From: Octopus sinensis
Taxonomy: Eukaryota
DNA: 31,957 bases
Assembly: GCF_006345805.1 (NCBI RefSeq)
Contig: NW_021831735.1
Location: 1-31,957 of the forward strand
Direction: 5' to 3'
Below, piece after piece: positions 22,410-31,957 of the stretch. Both the position numbers and the translations under genes were made by a program. The notes under the pieces are model-generated. The model did no database searches. It had not been told where the DNA came from and was given only the letters and a program-made list of their open reading frames with translations. The first letter of the stretch is position 1, and the number at the start of each line of letters is the position of its first letter.

Positions 22410-22660
22410 CAAAGACATCAAACAGAAATGGTACACAATTACAAATACAAACAACAAGACATTAACAACAGGTGTCTTTCGACTAAGTACAAATTAAATT
22501 AAGCTGGCGTGTGTGAAAGTGAGGCCTAAGGGCAGGAACATGGGAGATGAGCATAAGAGGTGTTGGCGGTCGGCAGTCAGACCAACAGAGGAAGATCTTG
22601 GATGGCCAGACACCGGTCACATGGAAGGAGAAGCGAGGGTTAGGGGGCAGTGGGATTGAA
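22410..22660 (-). mobile_element. Possible decayed Penelope-like 3' end
   Basis: GC-richer island; a frame-patched minus strand gives ...ADRQHLL...FLPLGLTF, loosely like PLE GIY-YIG C-termini, followed by a T/G-rich tail. Confidence 0.25.
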
Positions 22661-22945
22661 GGATTAGAAAAATTTAAGGAGACAAAGAGAAAAGTACAGG
22701 GGAGATAAATGAGGAGGAAAAGTGAGAGTAAAAGGAAGAGAGGGCCAAGAAATGTGAGTTAGAGTTGGAGTAAGAAAAAGAAAAGAGGAAGAAAGTATGA
22801 GGGGACTAAAAAATAGAGTAAAAGAGTCATACAAAATTTAGATACATACTTACTATAAGGTGAGTAGAAGTGTGTATGTATGCCGCTATATGTAGATATA
22901 AATATAAAAAAATGGAACAAAAACACAATGGGGGACAATGACACA

Positions 22946-23101
22946 TGGGACTGGCTTCTTTCAGTTCTCCATATACCAAATCCACCCATATGACTTTGGT
23001 TGGTCCGAAACTATAGTAGAAGACACTTGGCCAAGGTGCCACACAGTGGGACTGAATCCAGAACCATGTGGTTTGTAAGCAAGCTTCTTACCATACAGCC
23101 A
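22946..23101 (-). mobile_element. SINE family A, 5' half
   Basis: ggcttctttcagttctcc...cttaccatacagccac. Confidence 0.8.
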
Positions 23102-23294
23102 CATGCATCAGTTATATTATCTAAGTATGCATATATATTTACATATACACATGCAATACAATTTATTTATACATTGTAAATATATACAAATATATTTGTG
23201 CGTGTGTATATGTATGTATATTTATGTGTGTGAATATATATATATGTATATATATAGTTAGTCTTTGGAGCATCTGGTGCAAATGCCAAGCTGT

Positions 23295-23470
23295 ACAGCC
23301 TGTCTTTTCCCAATTTCTGACGGAGTGAATTGTGTCATGTTACTTTTTTCCTACAGATGGTGCCCAACTGACCCTTCTATACTGTGTAGTCAACAAAATC
23401 AAAAGCAAACGATGTGCATACATGAAATTAAAAATACAAAATGATGACAATTTACTCATCGCACCCTGTA
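23295..23470 (-). mobile_element. Left end of a Tc1/mariner-superfamily transposon with the start of the transposase
   Basis: TA|CAGGGTGCGATGAGTAAATTGTC terminus at 23468; ATG at 23338 gives MTQFTPSEIGKR before truncation. Confidence 0.55.
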
Positions 23471-23612
23471 TATATATATATATACACGTTTTATTTATTA
23501 TTTTGCACATTAAAAGTTTTATCTTATATTTAAGCTTTCTATAATATGTAATTTTCTAGATGGTATAATTTAATTTTTCGTTATTGAATTGATAAAAGGT
23601 CTTTTTTTTCTA

Positions 23613-23657
<45 letters not shown>

Positions 23658-23744
23658 TTGTGAAATTTGATTTAGTATTTCTAAATTGAATTTTTTCCCT
23701 GTAAGTTTGGAATAATATTCCCTCATATTATTATCATATATATA

Positions 23745-23941
23745 TGTCCGATGTCAGGACGCCATAATAGATCGTTAGCTCCTACACGCATATATTTTCT
23801 CTCCTTGGTTTTTTCTGTGTATCTTTCTGTCGAAGAGCGTAGGCTCGAAACGTTAAAGACTTTTTCTATTCCTGAGCACTATACTAATACATTTGTTTGT
23901 TTGTACTCCACCTGCCTTCGTCTTTTGTTTATTTTCGCAAA
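23745..23941 (+). mobile_element. Penelope pLTR-like solo repeat between (TA)n tracts, interrupted by a Helitron (resumes at 24325-24333)
   Basis: Contains the hammerhead-like gaagagcgtaggctcgaaacgtt and a T-rich tail; (TA)n on both sides. Confidence 0.5.
23822..23859 (+). ncRNA. Variant minimal hammerhead-like motif
   Basis: TCTTT-CTGTCGA-A-GAG cgtagg CTC-GAA-ACGT-T-AAAGA. All three stems are in hammerhead order, but A6 is U and there is one extra A before stem II. Confidence 0.4.
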
Positions 23942-24324
23942 CTAGCAGTATCGCCCGGCGTTGCTCAGGTTTGTAAGGGAAATAACTATAAAGCATTTTT
24001 AGAGAGTTATAGCCAAAAAATAGCAAAAAAATGGAAAAAAATGATGCTAAATTTTTTTTTTTAGTTAAAAAAGGTGGAGTTGCGTCCCCTAGACAGTTTG
24101 CGGTTTGTGTTTCTGATTCTCGACCCCATGTCGAATTTATTGATTTTTTTCAGAACTGGGGGAACTTTTCAAAATTTTCGCTGCGTTAGTTTTGAATTAT
24201 GACATTGGGCTATGTGTGTGTCAAGTTTCATCAGAATCGGTTGAAAGCCGTGGTCAGGGTGAGGGTACAAGCAAACAGACACACAGAAACACGCACAGAC
24301 AAACTGCCGTTATATAGAGAGAGA
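23942..24324 (-). mobile_element. Complete non-autonomous Helitron (383 bp)
   Basis: Minus strand A|TC (24325/24324) ... subterminal GC-rich imperfect hairpin cctgagcaacgccggg ... CTAG|T (23945-23942/23941). No TSD; inserted at an AT dinucleotide. Confidence 0.8.
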
Positions 24325-24358
24325 TTTCCCTTTATATATATATATATATATCTATATA

Positions 24359-24394
<36 letters not shown>

Positions 24395-24399
24395 CACAT

Positions 24400-25030
24400 A
24401 TTTAATGAAACCTACAAGCTCAACAAGAAGCACAAGGTTATTCTTGAAATACATACTTTTCAAGATGAACTGAAAGAAAAGCCGTGAGTTTCAACAGAAA
24501 TATGATAACAAATGGGTCAAAAGTGATCTAAATTATAAGATTTCTTCTAAATTTCAGGTTCACATATGTTCGAAACACCAGCCTAATAATGACAAGGTTG
24601 TTTTACTAAAGTACTTATTATTTTCAGAATGAATTGCATCAGAAATATAATAACAAAAGTGTTAAAGGAAAAAAATTAAAGCCTTTCATCAAAGCTTCAT
24701 GCGAATGTTTGTTCTAAATACTAGCTTAATAATGGCAAAGTAATTTCTGTTAAATTCTTCGTTATATTCAGAATTAATTGAAACATAAGCAGTGTATTTG
24801 GATAGAAATATGTTAAGAAAAGGGTTAAAGTGATCTCAATTAAAACCTTTAATCAAAATTTTATGTTAATTTTTATTCCAAACACCATCGTAAACAATGA
24901 CAAAATCATTTTACTAAATTCCTCATTGTTTTCAAATTTGTTGAAACAAAGGCTATGTATTTTGCCAGGAATATGGTAAGAAAAGGGTTAAGGTGATATA
25001 AATGACAACTTTCAATCAAAATTTCATAAG
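24400..25030. repeat. Four degenerate ~145-163-bp tandem units
   Basis: gaaatatg..aa.aaaagggttaaagtgat recurs at ~24497, 24642, 24805 and 24968. The TTAACCCTTT motif on the minus strand resembles piggyBac-type ends. Confidence 0.7.
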
Positions 25031-25044
25031 ATTTCATATTCCCA

Positions 25045-25125
25045 CATGAATATGGTGTAGTGGTTAAAAGCACAGGCTACTAACCCCAAGATTCTGGGTT
25101 CAATTCCAGGCAGTGACATGAATAA
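25045..25125 (+). pseudogene. tRNA-like short element (tRNA pseudogene or minimal SINE)
   Basis: A box TGGTGTAGTGG, loop CTACTAA (ACT), B box GGTTCAATTCC, AAT tail; the acceptor stem does not pair. Confidence 0.55.
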
Positions 25126-25135
25126 TAAATCTTTT

Positions 25136-25530
25136 ATTCTTTTATTTGTTGCAGTCATTTGACTGTAGCCATGCTAGAGCACCGCCTTTAGTCAAGCAAA
25201 TCGACCCCAGGACTTACTCTTTGTAAGCCTAGTACTTATTCTATCAGTCTCTCTTGCTGAACCACTAATTGACGGGGAAATAAACACAGCAGCAGCGGTT
25301 GACAAATGATGCTGGAGGGACAAGCACAGACACAGAAACGTATACACACATATATAAATGTATGTATACAATGGGCTTCTTTCAGTTTCCGTCTATGAAA
25401 TCCACTCACAAGACTCTGGTTGGCCCGAGGCTATAGTAGAAGACACTTGCCCAAGTTGCCCGCAGTGGGACTGAACACGGAACCATGTAGCTGGTAAGCA
25501 AGCTCCTTACCACACAGCCACTCCTGCACC
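25136..25530 (-). mobile_element. SINE family A, full length
   Basis: Reverse-complement match to 3916-4328. Confidence 0.9.
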
Positions 25531-25572
25531 TATCCTTCATTATCTTCGAAATTCATTGAAATAATGGTTATA

Positions 25573-26140
25573 TTGGGTTGTCTGGAAAGTTCATGCCGAT
25601 TTTTGAAGGAAAGAAAAAGGTCAATAAATACTTAACATTACATTTTTAATCAACCAAATATGAACCATTTTGTTGCACAATGCATCTCCATCTTTCCTTT
25701 AACTTGAAAATACCCTCTTCCCAGAATTGAGGTGGTTTCATGGCAAAGAATTCATCAAGGTATCTTTTTATGTCATCCAAGGAATTGAAATTTTTACCAT
25801 TAAGACTATTCTGATGAGACCTGAATAAGTGGAAATCCAAAGGAGCAATATCTGGTGAATATGGAGGGTGGAGTAACACATCCCAGCCAAGCTGCAGCAA
25901 TTTTTGTCGGGTTCTCAAAGCATCAAGTGCTGAAAATGAACTTTCTTATCTTCCATTTTAAAGGGTTACAGAATTAACACAGGTTATAGGAACATAAACC
26001 TTCTTCCACAAAAAGATAGCTTAAACTGTGCTCTAAATGGAGGTGTAGTAAAATCCTATTTTATGGACTCAACAATGTTCTAAAATAAGTCGAAAGGTAA
26101 GCTACTATAAATCGGCCTGAACTTTCCGGACAAACCAAAA
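25573..26140 (-). mobile_element. Internally deleted mariner element with both TIRs
   Basis: TIRs TTGGGTTGTCTGGAAAGTTCATGCCGATTT (25573) and the reverse complement of AAATCGGCCTGAACTTTCCGGACAAACCAA (~26109-26138), with TA flanks. N-terminus MEDKKVHFQHLML (ATG at 25956) is fused out of frame to the C-terminus LRTRQKLLQLGWDVLLHPPYSPDIAPLDFHLF...GSYLVD*. Confidence 0.92.
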
Positions 26141-26159
26141 TATTACCATTAATGGTAAT

Positions 26160-26171
26160 ATCAATAATAAC

Positions 26172-26220
<49 letters not shown>

Positions 26221-26312
26221 ATAATAGTAATGATATTAATAATAATAATGATAATATTGTAATGATGATGATAATAGGATTAATAATGTAAATAATAGTT
26301 AGGCGAATAATA

Positions 26313-26355
<43 letters not shown>

Positions 26356-26434
26356 TTTCTATCACTTGCCACCAGGATGATGGATGAGAAGGAGGATGAG
26401 ACATAAGATATGGGGCTCGACATAATATAAAATG

Positions 26435-26489
<55 letters not shown>

Positions 26490-26749
26490 TAATAATAATA
26501 AAATAATTATAATTATAATAATAATAAAAATATCAATATTATTAATAATAAAACTAATAATGATATTAATTTTAATAATGACAATAATAGTAAGTAATAA
26601 TAATAATAATAATTTCTAGCAATTCTAATAATATTTGTAATAATAATAAATAATAATAATATACTCACAATTCTAATAATATTTGTAATAATAATATATA
26701 ATAATAATAACTAATAATAATAATAATAATAGATAATAAATAATAATAG

Positions 26750-26787
<38 letters not shown>

Positions 26788-26810
26788 TGATAATAATAAT
26801 AATATAATAG

Positions 26811-26843
<33 letters not shown>

Positions 26844-26844
26844 G

Positions 26845-26895
<51 letters not shown>

Positions 26896-26915
26896 GATAA
26901 TAATAATAATAATAG

Positions 26916-26953
<38 letters not shown>

Positions 26954-26978
26954 GATAATAATAATAATAATAATAATA

Positions 26979-27026
<48 letters not shown>

Positions 27027-27127
27027 GATAATAATAATAATAATAGATAATAATAATATAATAATAATAATAATAATAATAATAGATAATATAATAATAT
27101 AATTAATAATAATAATAATAATAATAT

Positions 27128-27177
<50 letters not shown>

Positions 27178-27251
27178 TAATAGATAATAATAATATAATA
27201 GATAATAATAATAATAATATAATAATAATAATAGATAATAATAATAATAAT

Positions 27252-27283
<32 letters not shown>

Positions 27284-27368
27284 AAATAATAGATAATAAT
27301 AATAATAATAGATAAAATAATAATATAATAATAATAATAATAGATAATAATAATATATAATAATAATA

Positions 27369-27454
<86 letters not shown>

Positions 27455-27523
27455 GTAATGATAATAATAATAGATAATAATAATATAATATAATAATAAT
27501 AATAGATAATAATAATAATAATA

Positions 27524-27557
<34 letters not shown>

Positions 27558-27576
27558 TATAATAATAATAATGATA

Positions 27577-27615
<39 letters not shown>

Positions 27616-27640
27616 TAATAATAATAATAATAATAATAAT
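26160..27640. repeat. Large (AGT)n/(AAT)n microsatellite complex, about 1 kb of near-continuous AAT from ~26690
   Basis: Directly visible. Confidence 0.97.
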
Positions 27641-27944
27641 GATCTTTTATGATATTAGTCTGCATTTTGGCATAGTGAAATTGCACATGCAGCAGTCATT
27701 TCTTGCAACTTTTCACTTTCACTTTTAAATGCTTTTGGCAGCATGGAATGTGCATATGATGCAATTTGTGAATTGCAAGTACTTAGCTCGTATTAGTGCA
27801 TCAATCACACTGCATCTGTTATGGGAACAAGTCTAAGTGCACCAATAACTAATAAGAAGTGGACGGGGGGTGGGGGGGGAATAAGGGGATAGACGAGGGC
27901 AGCCGGTTGCACGTGTTGCTTATTCTTGTTGCTCTTTGTCTTCT

Positions 27945-28030
27945 TCTCCTTCTCCCCTTCCTCCTCCTTCTCCCCTTCCTCCTCCTTCTCCCCTTCCTCC
28001 TCCTTCTCCCCTTCCTCCTCCTCCTCCTTC
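27945..28030. repeat. 18-bp polypyrimidine minisatellite (cttctccccttcctcctc)n
   Basis: About 4.5 copies, directly visible. Confidence 0.9.
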
Positions 28031-28091
28031 ATTTGTAAATATATATATATATATATATAAATATGTGTGTGTGCATATATATATATGTATG

Positions 28092-28181
<90 letters not shown>

Positions 28182-28186
28182 ATATA

Positions 28187-28497
28187 GGAAGGCTGTCAAA
28201 TCAGAAACCCTTTCAGGTAATGGCCCTGTTTGTTCTGTAAGCTACAGACACATAAAAGGTGCAGCAATACCAAAGGAAGGTTAACCGGGAAGATAGTTTT
28301 TGTGTGTGGCAGATGCACAGGGGCAATAAACACCGAAGATGTACAGAAAACAGATTCCATCACATGCCAGGGTGAAAAACTAGAAGTAGTTGATAGCTTC
28401 CGTTACCTAGGTGACCAAATCTGTAGCGGGGGTGGTTGCTCTGAGAGTGTACTGGCTAGAATAAGAATAGCCTGGGCAAAGTTCAGGGAGCTCTGCT
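28187..28497 (+). mobile_element. RTE-clade LINE reverse-transcriptase C-terminal fragment
   Basis: VFVCGRCTG...GEKLEVVDSFRYLGDQICSGGGCSESVLARIRIAWAKFREL (RT F-YLG motif and thumb). Confidence 0.88.
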
Positions 28498-28516
28498 GGC
28501 AAAGAAAGAATGTTGT

Positions 28517-28700
28517 GTGAAGGCACGTGGCTTAGTTGTAAAGGAATCTGGTTCATGGTTGTAAGTCCATGAATTTGGTTCACAGGGGTGCAGTGTGTCC
28601 TTGAGCAAGACACTCAGTTTCATGCTGCCTCAATCAAAGCAGCTGTCTAAAATGAGTTGTACTCATGTTTCGAAAAGACCAGCCTTATCACATTCTGTAT
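28517..28700 (+). mobile_element. Diverged SINE family D-like copy
   Basis: gtgaaggcacgtggcttag...ccttgagcaagacac...agctgtctaaaatgagttg matches 21462-21793. Confidence 0.65.
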
Positions 28701-28701
28701 A

Positions 28702-28738
<37 letters not shown>

Positions 28739-28781
28739 ATTATTGTGTATATATATATATATATGTATATTTTTTTCATAC

Positions 28782-28911
28782 TTACATTAAATTCTCTGAA
28801 GAGGCCGTGAGACAATCTTGTTAATGTCTCATTTATATGCTTTATATGGCTAATAGGTTAAATGGGACATACCTGTCTTCACGGCCGAAACAGCTGTCAG
28901 CTACAATGTAA
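28782..28911 (+). ncRNA. Type-I hammerhead ribozyme with an ~85-nt extended stem II
   Basis: CT-CTGAAGA(28796-28802)-GGCCGTGAGACA...TGTCTTCACGGCC(28874-28886)-GAA-ACAGCTGT-C(28898)-AG. GUC cleavage triplet; distal stem I TTACATT/AATGTAA; inner stem ATGTCTCATTTA/TAAATGGGACAT. Confidence 0.85.
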
Positions 28912-29064
28912 TTGTATTTTCTATTTCTATTTCTATGTCTAGTTGTATTTATAATATATTATGTATAATGCCATTGCTGTTGTGTAATGGTTTAATAAAG
29001 TATTGATTGGGTATTATCTGATGGTTGATGATTGATTTAGGTTTGTTTCTCCATTTTCTCATTT

Positions 29065-29102
<38 letters not shown>

Positions 29103-29105
<3 letters not shown>

Positions 29106-29410
29106 TTATATATAAAACTGTAGTTGTGTGAGTGTCTGTCCCCTTCGATTTAGATTCCTAACTACTCCCACATTTTGCAGTGCAGTTTAACCAAAACCGG
29201 GTATCTTATAGTTGTGATTCATATCAAGCCCTTCTGGGTATTAGCGCACATCTACAATGAGTCTACGATTTAAAAAATAATTTACCATCATTTTTTTTCC
29301 ATTTTAAGGCATATTTTTTTAAATATAAGGGAAGTAACTCTCTAAAAATGTCTTCGATGAGTCAACAATTTAAAAAAAATTTACTATAAAAATACTTCAT
29401 AACAAAGTTC
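29103..29410 (+). mobile_element. Non-autonomous Helitron, 5' portion
   Basis: A|TCTTTATATATAAAA start followed by a (TG/TCTG)-like tract; no convincing hairpin+CTRR 3' end seen. Confidence 0.55.
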
Positions 29411-29778
29411 TCCCCCAAACTGAATGGCTGAAAATATTTCTATAATAATTTGTACTAGATGAAGGACCAATTTTGTAAAGTAAATTGTATTAAAAAAACA
29501 CACACACACACACACAGAGTACTATACATATGTGCATATACATAAATAGAAACAATTTTACGTCCAGATTCTCCAACCCATACCAGCACAGGAATCAAAC
29601 ATTGGACTGAAAGAACTGAACACATACATGCATACAGGCACTTACATGCATGCATACATACATACATGTGTATGTGCACAATACTGACCTACACACAAAC
29701 AAACAAAAAGAACACAGCTTGGATAATGGACAGAGTTGGAAAATGCAACTAAAATTTTAGGAAAAATAAATAAGTATA

Positions 29779-30186
29779 GGCACAGGAGTGGCTGTGTGGT
29801 AAGTAGCTTGCTTACCAACCATATGGTTCCAGGTTCAGTCCCACCGCGTGGCATCTTGGGCAAGTGTCTTCTGCTATAGCCCCGGGCCGACCAATGCCTT
29901 GTGGGTGGATTTGGTAGACGAAAACTGAAAGAAGCCCATCGTATATATGTATATACATATATGTATGTGTGTGTATATGTTTGTGTGTCTGTGTTTGTCC
30001 CCCTAGCATTGCTTGACAACTGATGCTGGTGTGTTTACGTCCCCGTCACTTAGCGGTTCGGCAAAAGAGACTGATTGAATAAGTACTGGGCTTACAAAGA
30101 ATAAGTCCCGGGGTCGATTTGCTCGACTAAAGGTGGTGCTCCAGCATGGCCGCAGTCAAATGACTGAAACAAGTAAAAGAGTAAGT
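29779..30186 (+). mobile_element. SINE family A, full length
   Basis: Closely matches 3916-4328 (shared gccccgggccgaccaatgcc). Confidence 0.92.
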
Positions 30187-30263
30187 AAATGAGTGAAAAC
30201 TTAACCTGTGAGTGTGTTAAATAACAAGGCACTAAAAGAGAATGACTCTCCCCAGACACAACA

Positions 30264-30294
<31 letters not shown>

Positions 30295-30439
30295 TATATT
30301 AATCAATGCATACATGTATTGATATACGTATATATATATATATATATATTTATGAAATGCTTAGTATGAAATATGAATTCAGCAATCATGTGGCTGTTAC
30401 ATTAAGCTCCTCTTATTGATTTGGCTATCAGTCTACACA

Positions 30440-30960
30440 ATAATCAATTACACATTAAAGATCTGACATCTGCTTTGGTAGACACCTACAAGATCATCCA
30501 CTATCTTTCCAACAACAACTTTGGGCATCTCCATTGACAGGCCCTTCTGACTGAATAAAATGTTAACACTTATGATATGCAAATTAATAGTACCAGTTTC
30601 CTGTTACTCTGAAATTGTTCTAAATGATGCCGACACCTCTGATGAGAGTCCAATAATATTTGAAAATCAATTAAGGCTGTTCATGTTTTCTCAGTCTATA
30701 GAGCAATAGCTAAATTCACCCTGATTATAAATCCGTAATATAGGTTACCTGTGTCTAACACCTGTGGCCATGCTTACAAAATCCGAAAACAACACAGCAG
30801 CCCCCATGACTTTCAGAAATGTGTTTATGATGCTCAGAATTGCTGAAGCATGGAATAAACTACCTGAATCAGTTGTTAGCTGTCAGAACACTGCATCCTT
30901 CAAAGCTTCCATGCTTCCTGGAATTCCACTACACCTCATCTTCTCTGCTATGACTCATTC
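30440..30960 (+). mobile_element. CR1-type LINE 3' end, interrupted at ~30535-30745
   Basis: ALVDTYKIIHYLSNNNFGHL (30470-30535) resumes as VSNTCGHAYKIRKQHS and RIAEAWNKLPESVVSCQNTASFK (30745-30905). Confidence 0.8.
30633..30680 (+). ncRNA. Decayed hammerhead ribozyme
   Basis: ACACCT-CTGATGA(30639-30645)-GAGT...ATTT-GAA-AATCAATT-A-AGGCTGT. Stem I is intact; stem II is weak; stem III is one change from the palindrome AATCGATT. Confidence 0.45.
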
Positions 30961-31204
30961 ACAGTTTCTCTCTTTCCTGTTTTTTTTTTATGCATTATTC
31001 TTTCTACTCTTCATGCAGTTCTGCTTACCTTTTCTGAAGAGTTGTTACACTGCACCTAAGCAGTGTTGTTGTTGTTGTTATTATTATTGTTATTATTATT
31101 ACATGCATGCACATATGTATATATGTATGGTGCTGGAGGTGGTGGTAGTGATATAGAATTATAAATGTGTGTGTGTGTATATATGTATATGTCATATCAT
31201 CATC

Positions 31205-31957
31205 ATCATGATCATCATCATTTAACGTCCGCTTTCCATGCTAGCATGGGTTGGACGGTTCAACTGGGGTCTGGGGAGCCCGAAAGCTGCACCAGTCCAG
31301 TCAGATCTGGCAGTGTTTCTACAGCTGGATGCCCTTCCTAACGCCAACCACTCCGAGAGTGTAGTGGGTGATTTTATGTGCCACCGACACAGGTGCCAGA
31401 CGAGCGGGCAACGGCCACGCTCGGATGGTGTTTTTTATGTGCCACCGACACAGGTGCCAGACGAGGCTGGCAGACGGCCACGCTCGGATGGTGTTTTTTA
31501 TGTGCCACCGACACAGGTGCCAGACGAGGCTGGCAGACGGCCACACTCGGATGGTGTTTTTTTATGTGCAACCGACACAGGTGCCAGACGAGGCTGCAGA
31601 CGGCCATGCTCGGATGGTGTTTTTATGTGCCACACCGACACAGGTGCCAGATGAGGCTGGCAAACAGCCACGATCGGATGGCTTGTTACGTGCCCACAGC
31701 ACGGAGGCCAGTCGATGCGGTACTGGCTACGGCCACGTTCGGATGGTTTCTTATGTGCCACGGCCACCGGCACTGGTACCACAAAGATACAAATTCCATT
31801 GATGTTCATCTATTTTGATTTGTTTTTTGATTTTCACTTGCCTCAACGGTCTTCACAAGTGTCACAAGAGGAAGGTATGCACAGGTGGACTGACTATGTC
31901 CCAGGTAGGGGCCATGGGTTATGGCCTGATTAGTCTTGCCGGTCTTCGGATGGTGTT
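31205..31957 (-). mobile_element. (TGA)n-tailed SINE-like/RTE-associated retroposon with an internal ~62-bp tandem repeat; runs off the window
   Basis: Tail catcatcatttaacgtcc and motif ggatgcccttcctaacgcc. Units begin at 31376, 31437, 31500, 31564 and 31625, with degenerate ones at 31688 and 31753. Confidence 0.85.

Noticed and set aside
23356-23470. Strong plus-strand acceptor (tttttcctacag) followed by ATG
   Set aside because: It lies within the Tc1/mariner left end on the opposite strand.
26690-27640. Apparent higher-order pattern of atata/gata/aaata interruptions in the long AAT arrays (also 7355-8765)
   Set aside because: Single-base indels in long simple repeats are typical of long-read consensus error or slippage and cannot be interpreted without raw reads.
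27655-27790. Minus-strand open frame ELSTCNSQIASYAHSMLPKAFKSESEKLQEMTAACAISLCQNAD*
   Set aside because: There is no usable acceptor in frame and no recognised homology; kept only as a BLAST candidate.
14464-31775. Regularly spaced repeats considered as a CRISPR-like array
   Set aside because: The context is eukaryotic, the units are contiguous SINE-derived tandem repeats without unique spacers, and there are no cas genes.

Overview
AT-rich, repeat-saturated eukaryotic DNA. Its SINE families and very large (AAT)n/(TA)n arrays look like an octopus (cephalopod) genome; the species call is pattern recognition, not a database result. No complete gene is visible, and nearly all ORFs in the supplied track are microsatellite or SINE read-throughs. 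The window holds at least four tRNA-headed SINE families (here called A-D), several of them in tandem arrays of sub-segments. It also holds fragments of Penelope-like (GIY-YIG), R4/Dong-like (CCHC), CR1 and RTE retrotransposons, Helitron/Helentron non-autonomous elements, an internally deleted mariner with both TIRs, and a Tc1/mariner left end. The most striking signal is a cluster of type-I hammerhead ribozyme motifs from unrelated repeats between 21.2 and 30.7 kb, all with a palindromic or near-palindromic stem III. Two sit in a divergent ~215-bp inverted repeat (21256-21311 minus, canonical; 21890-21947 plus, with a palindrome-preserving double change). One has an intact core and an ~85-nt stem II (28782-28911). 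Two are variant or decayed (23822-23859, 30633-30680). A few short splice-site-bounded open segments on both strands may be exons of a host gene, but the strand and product cannot be settled from sequence alone.
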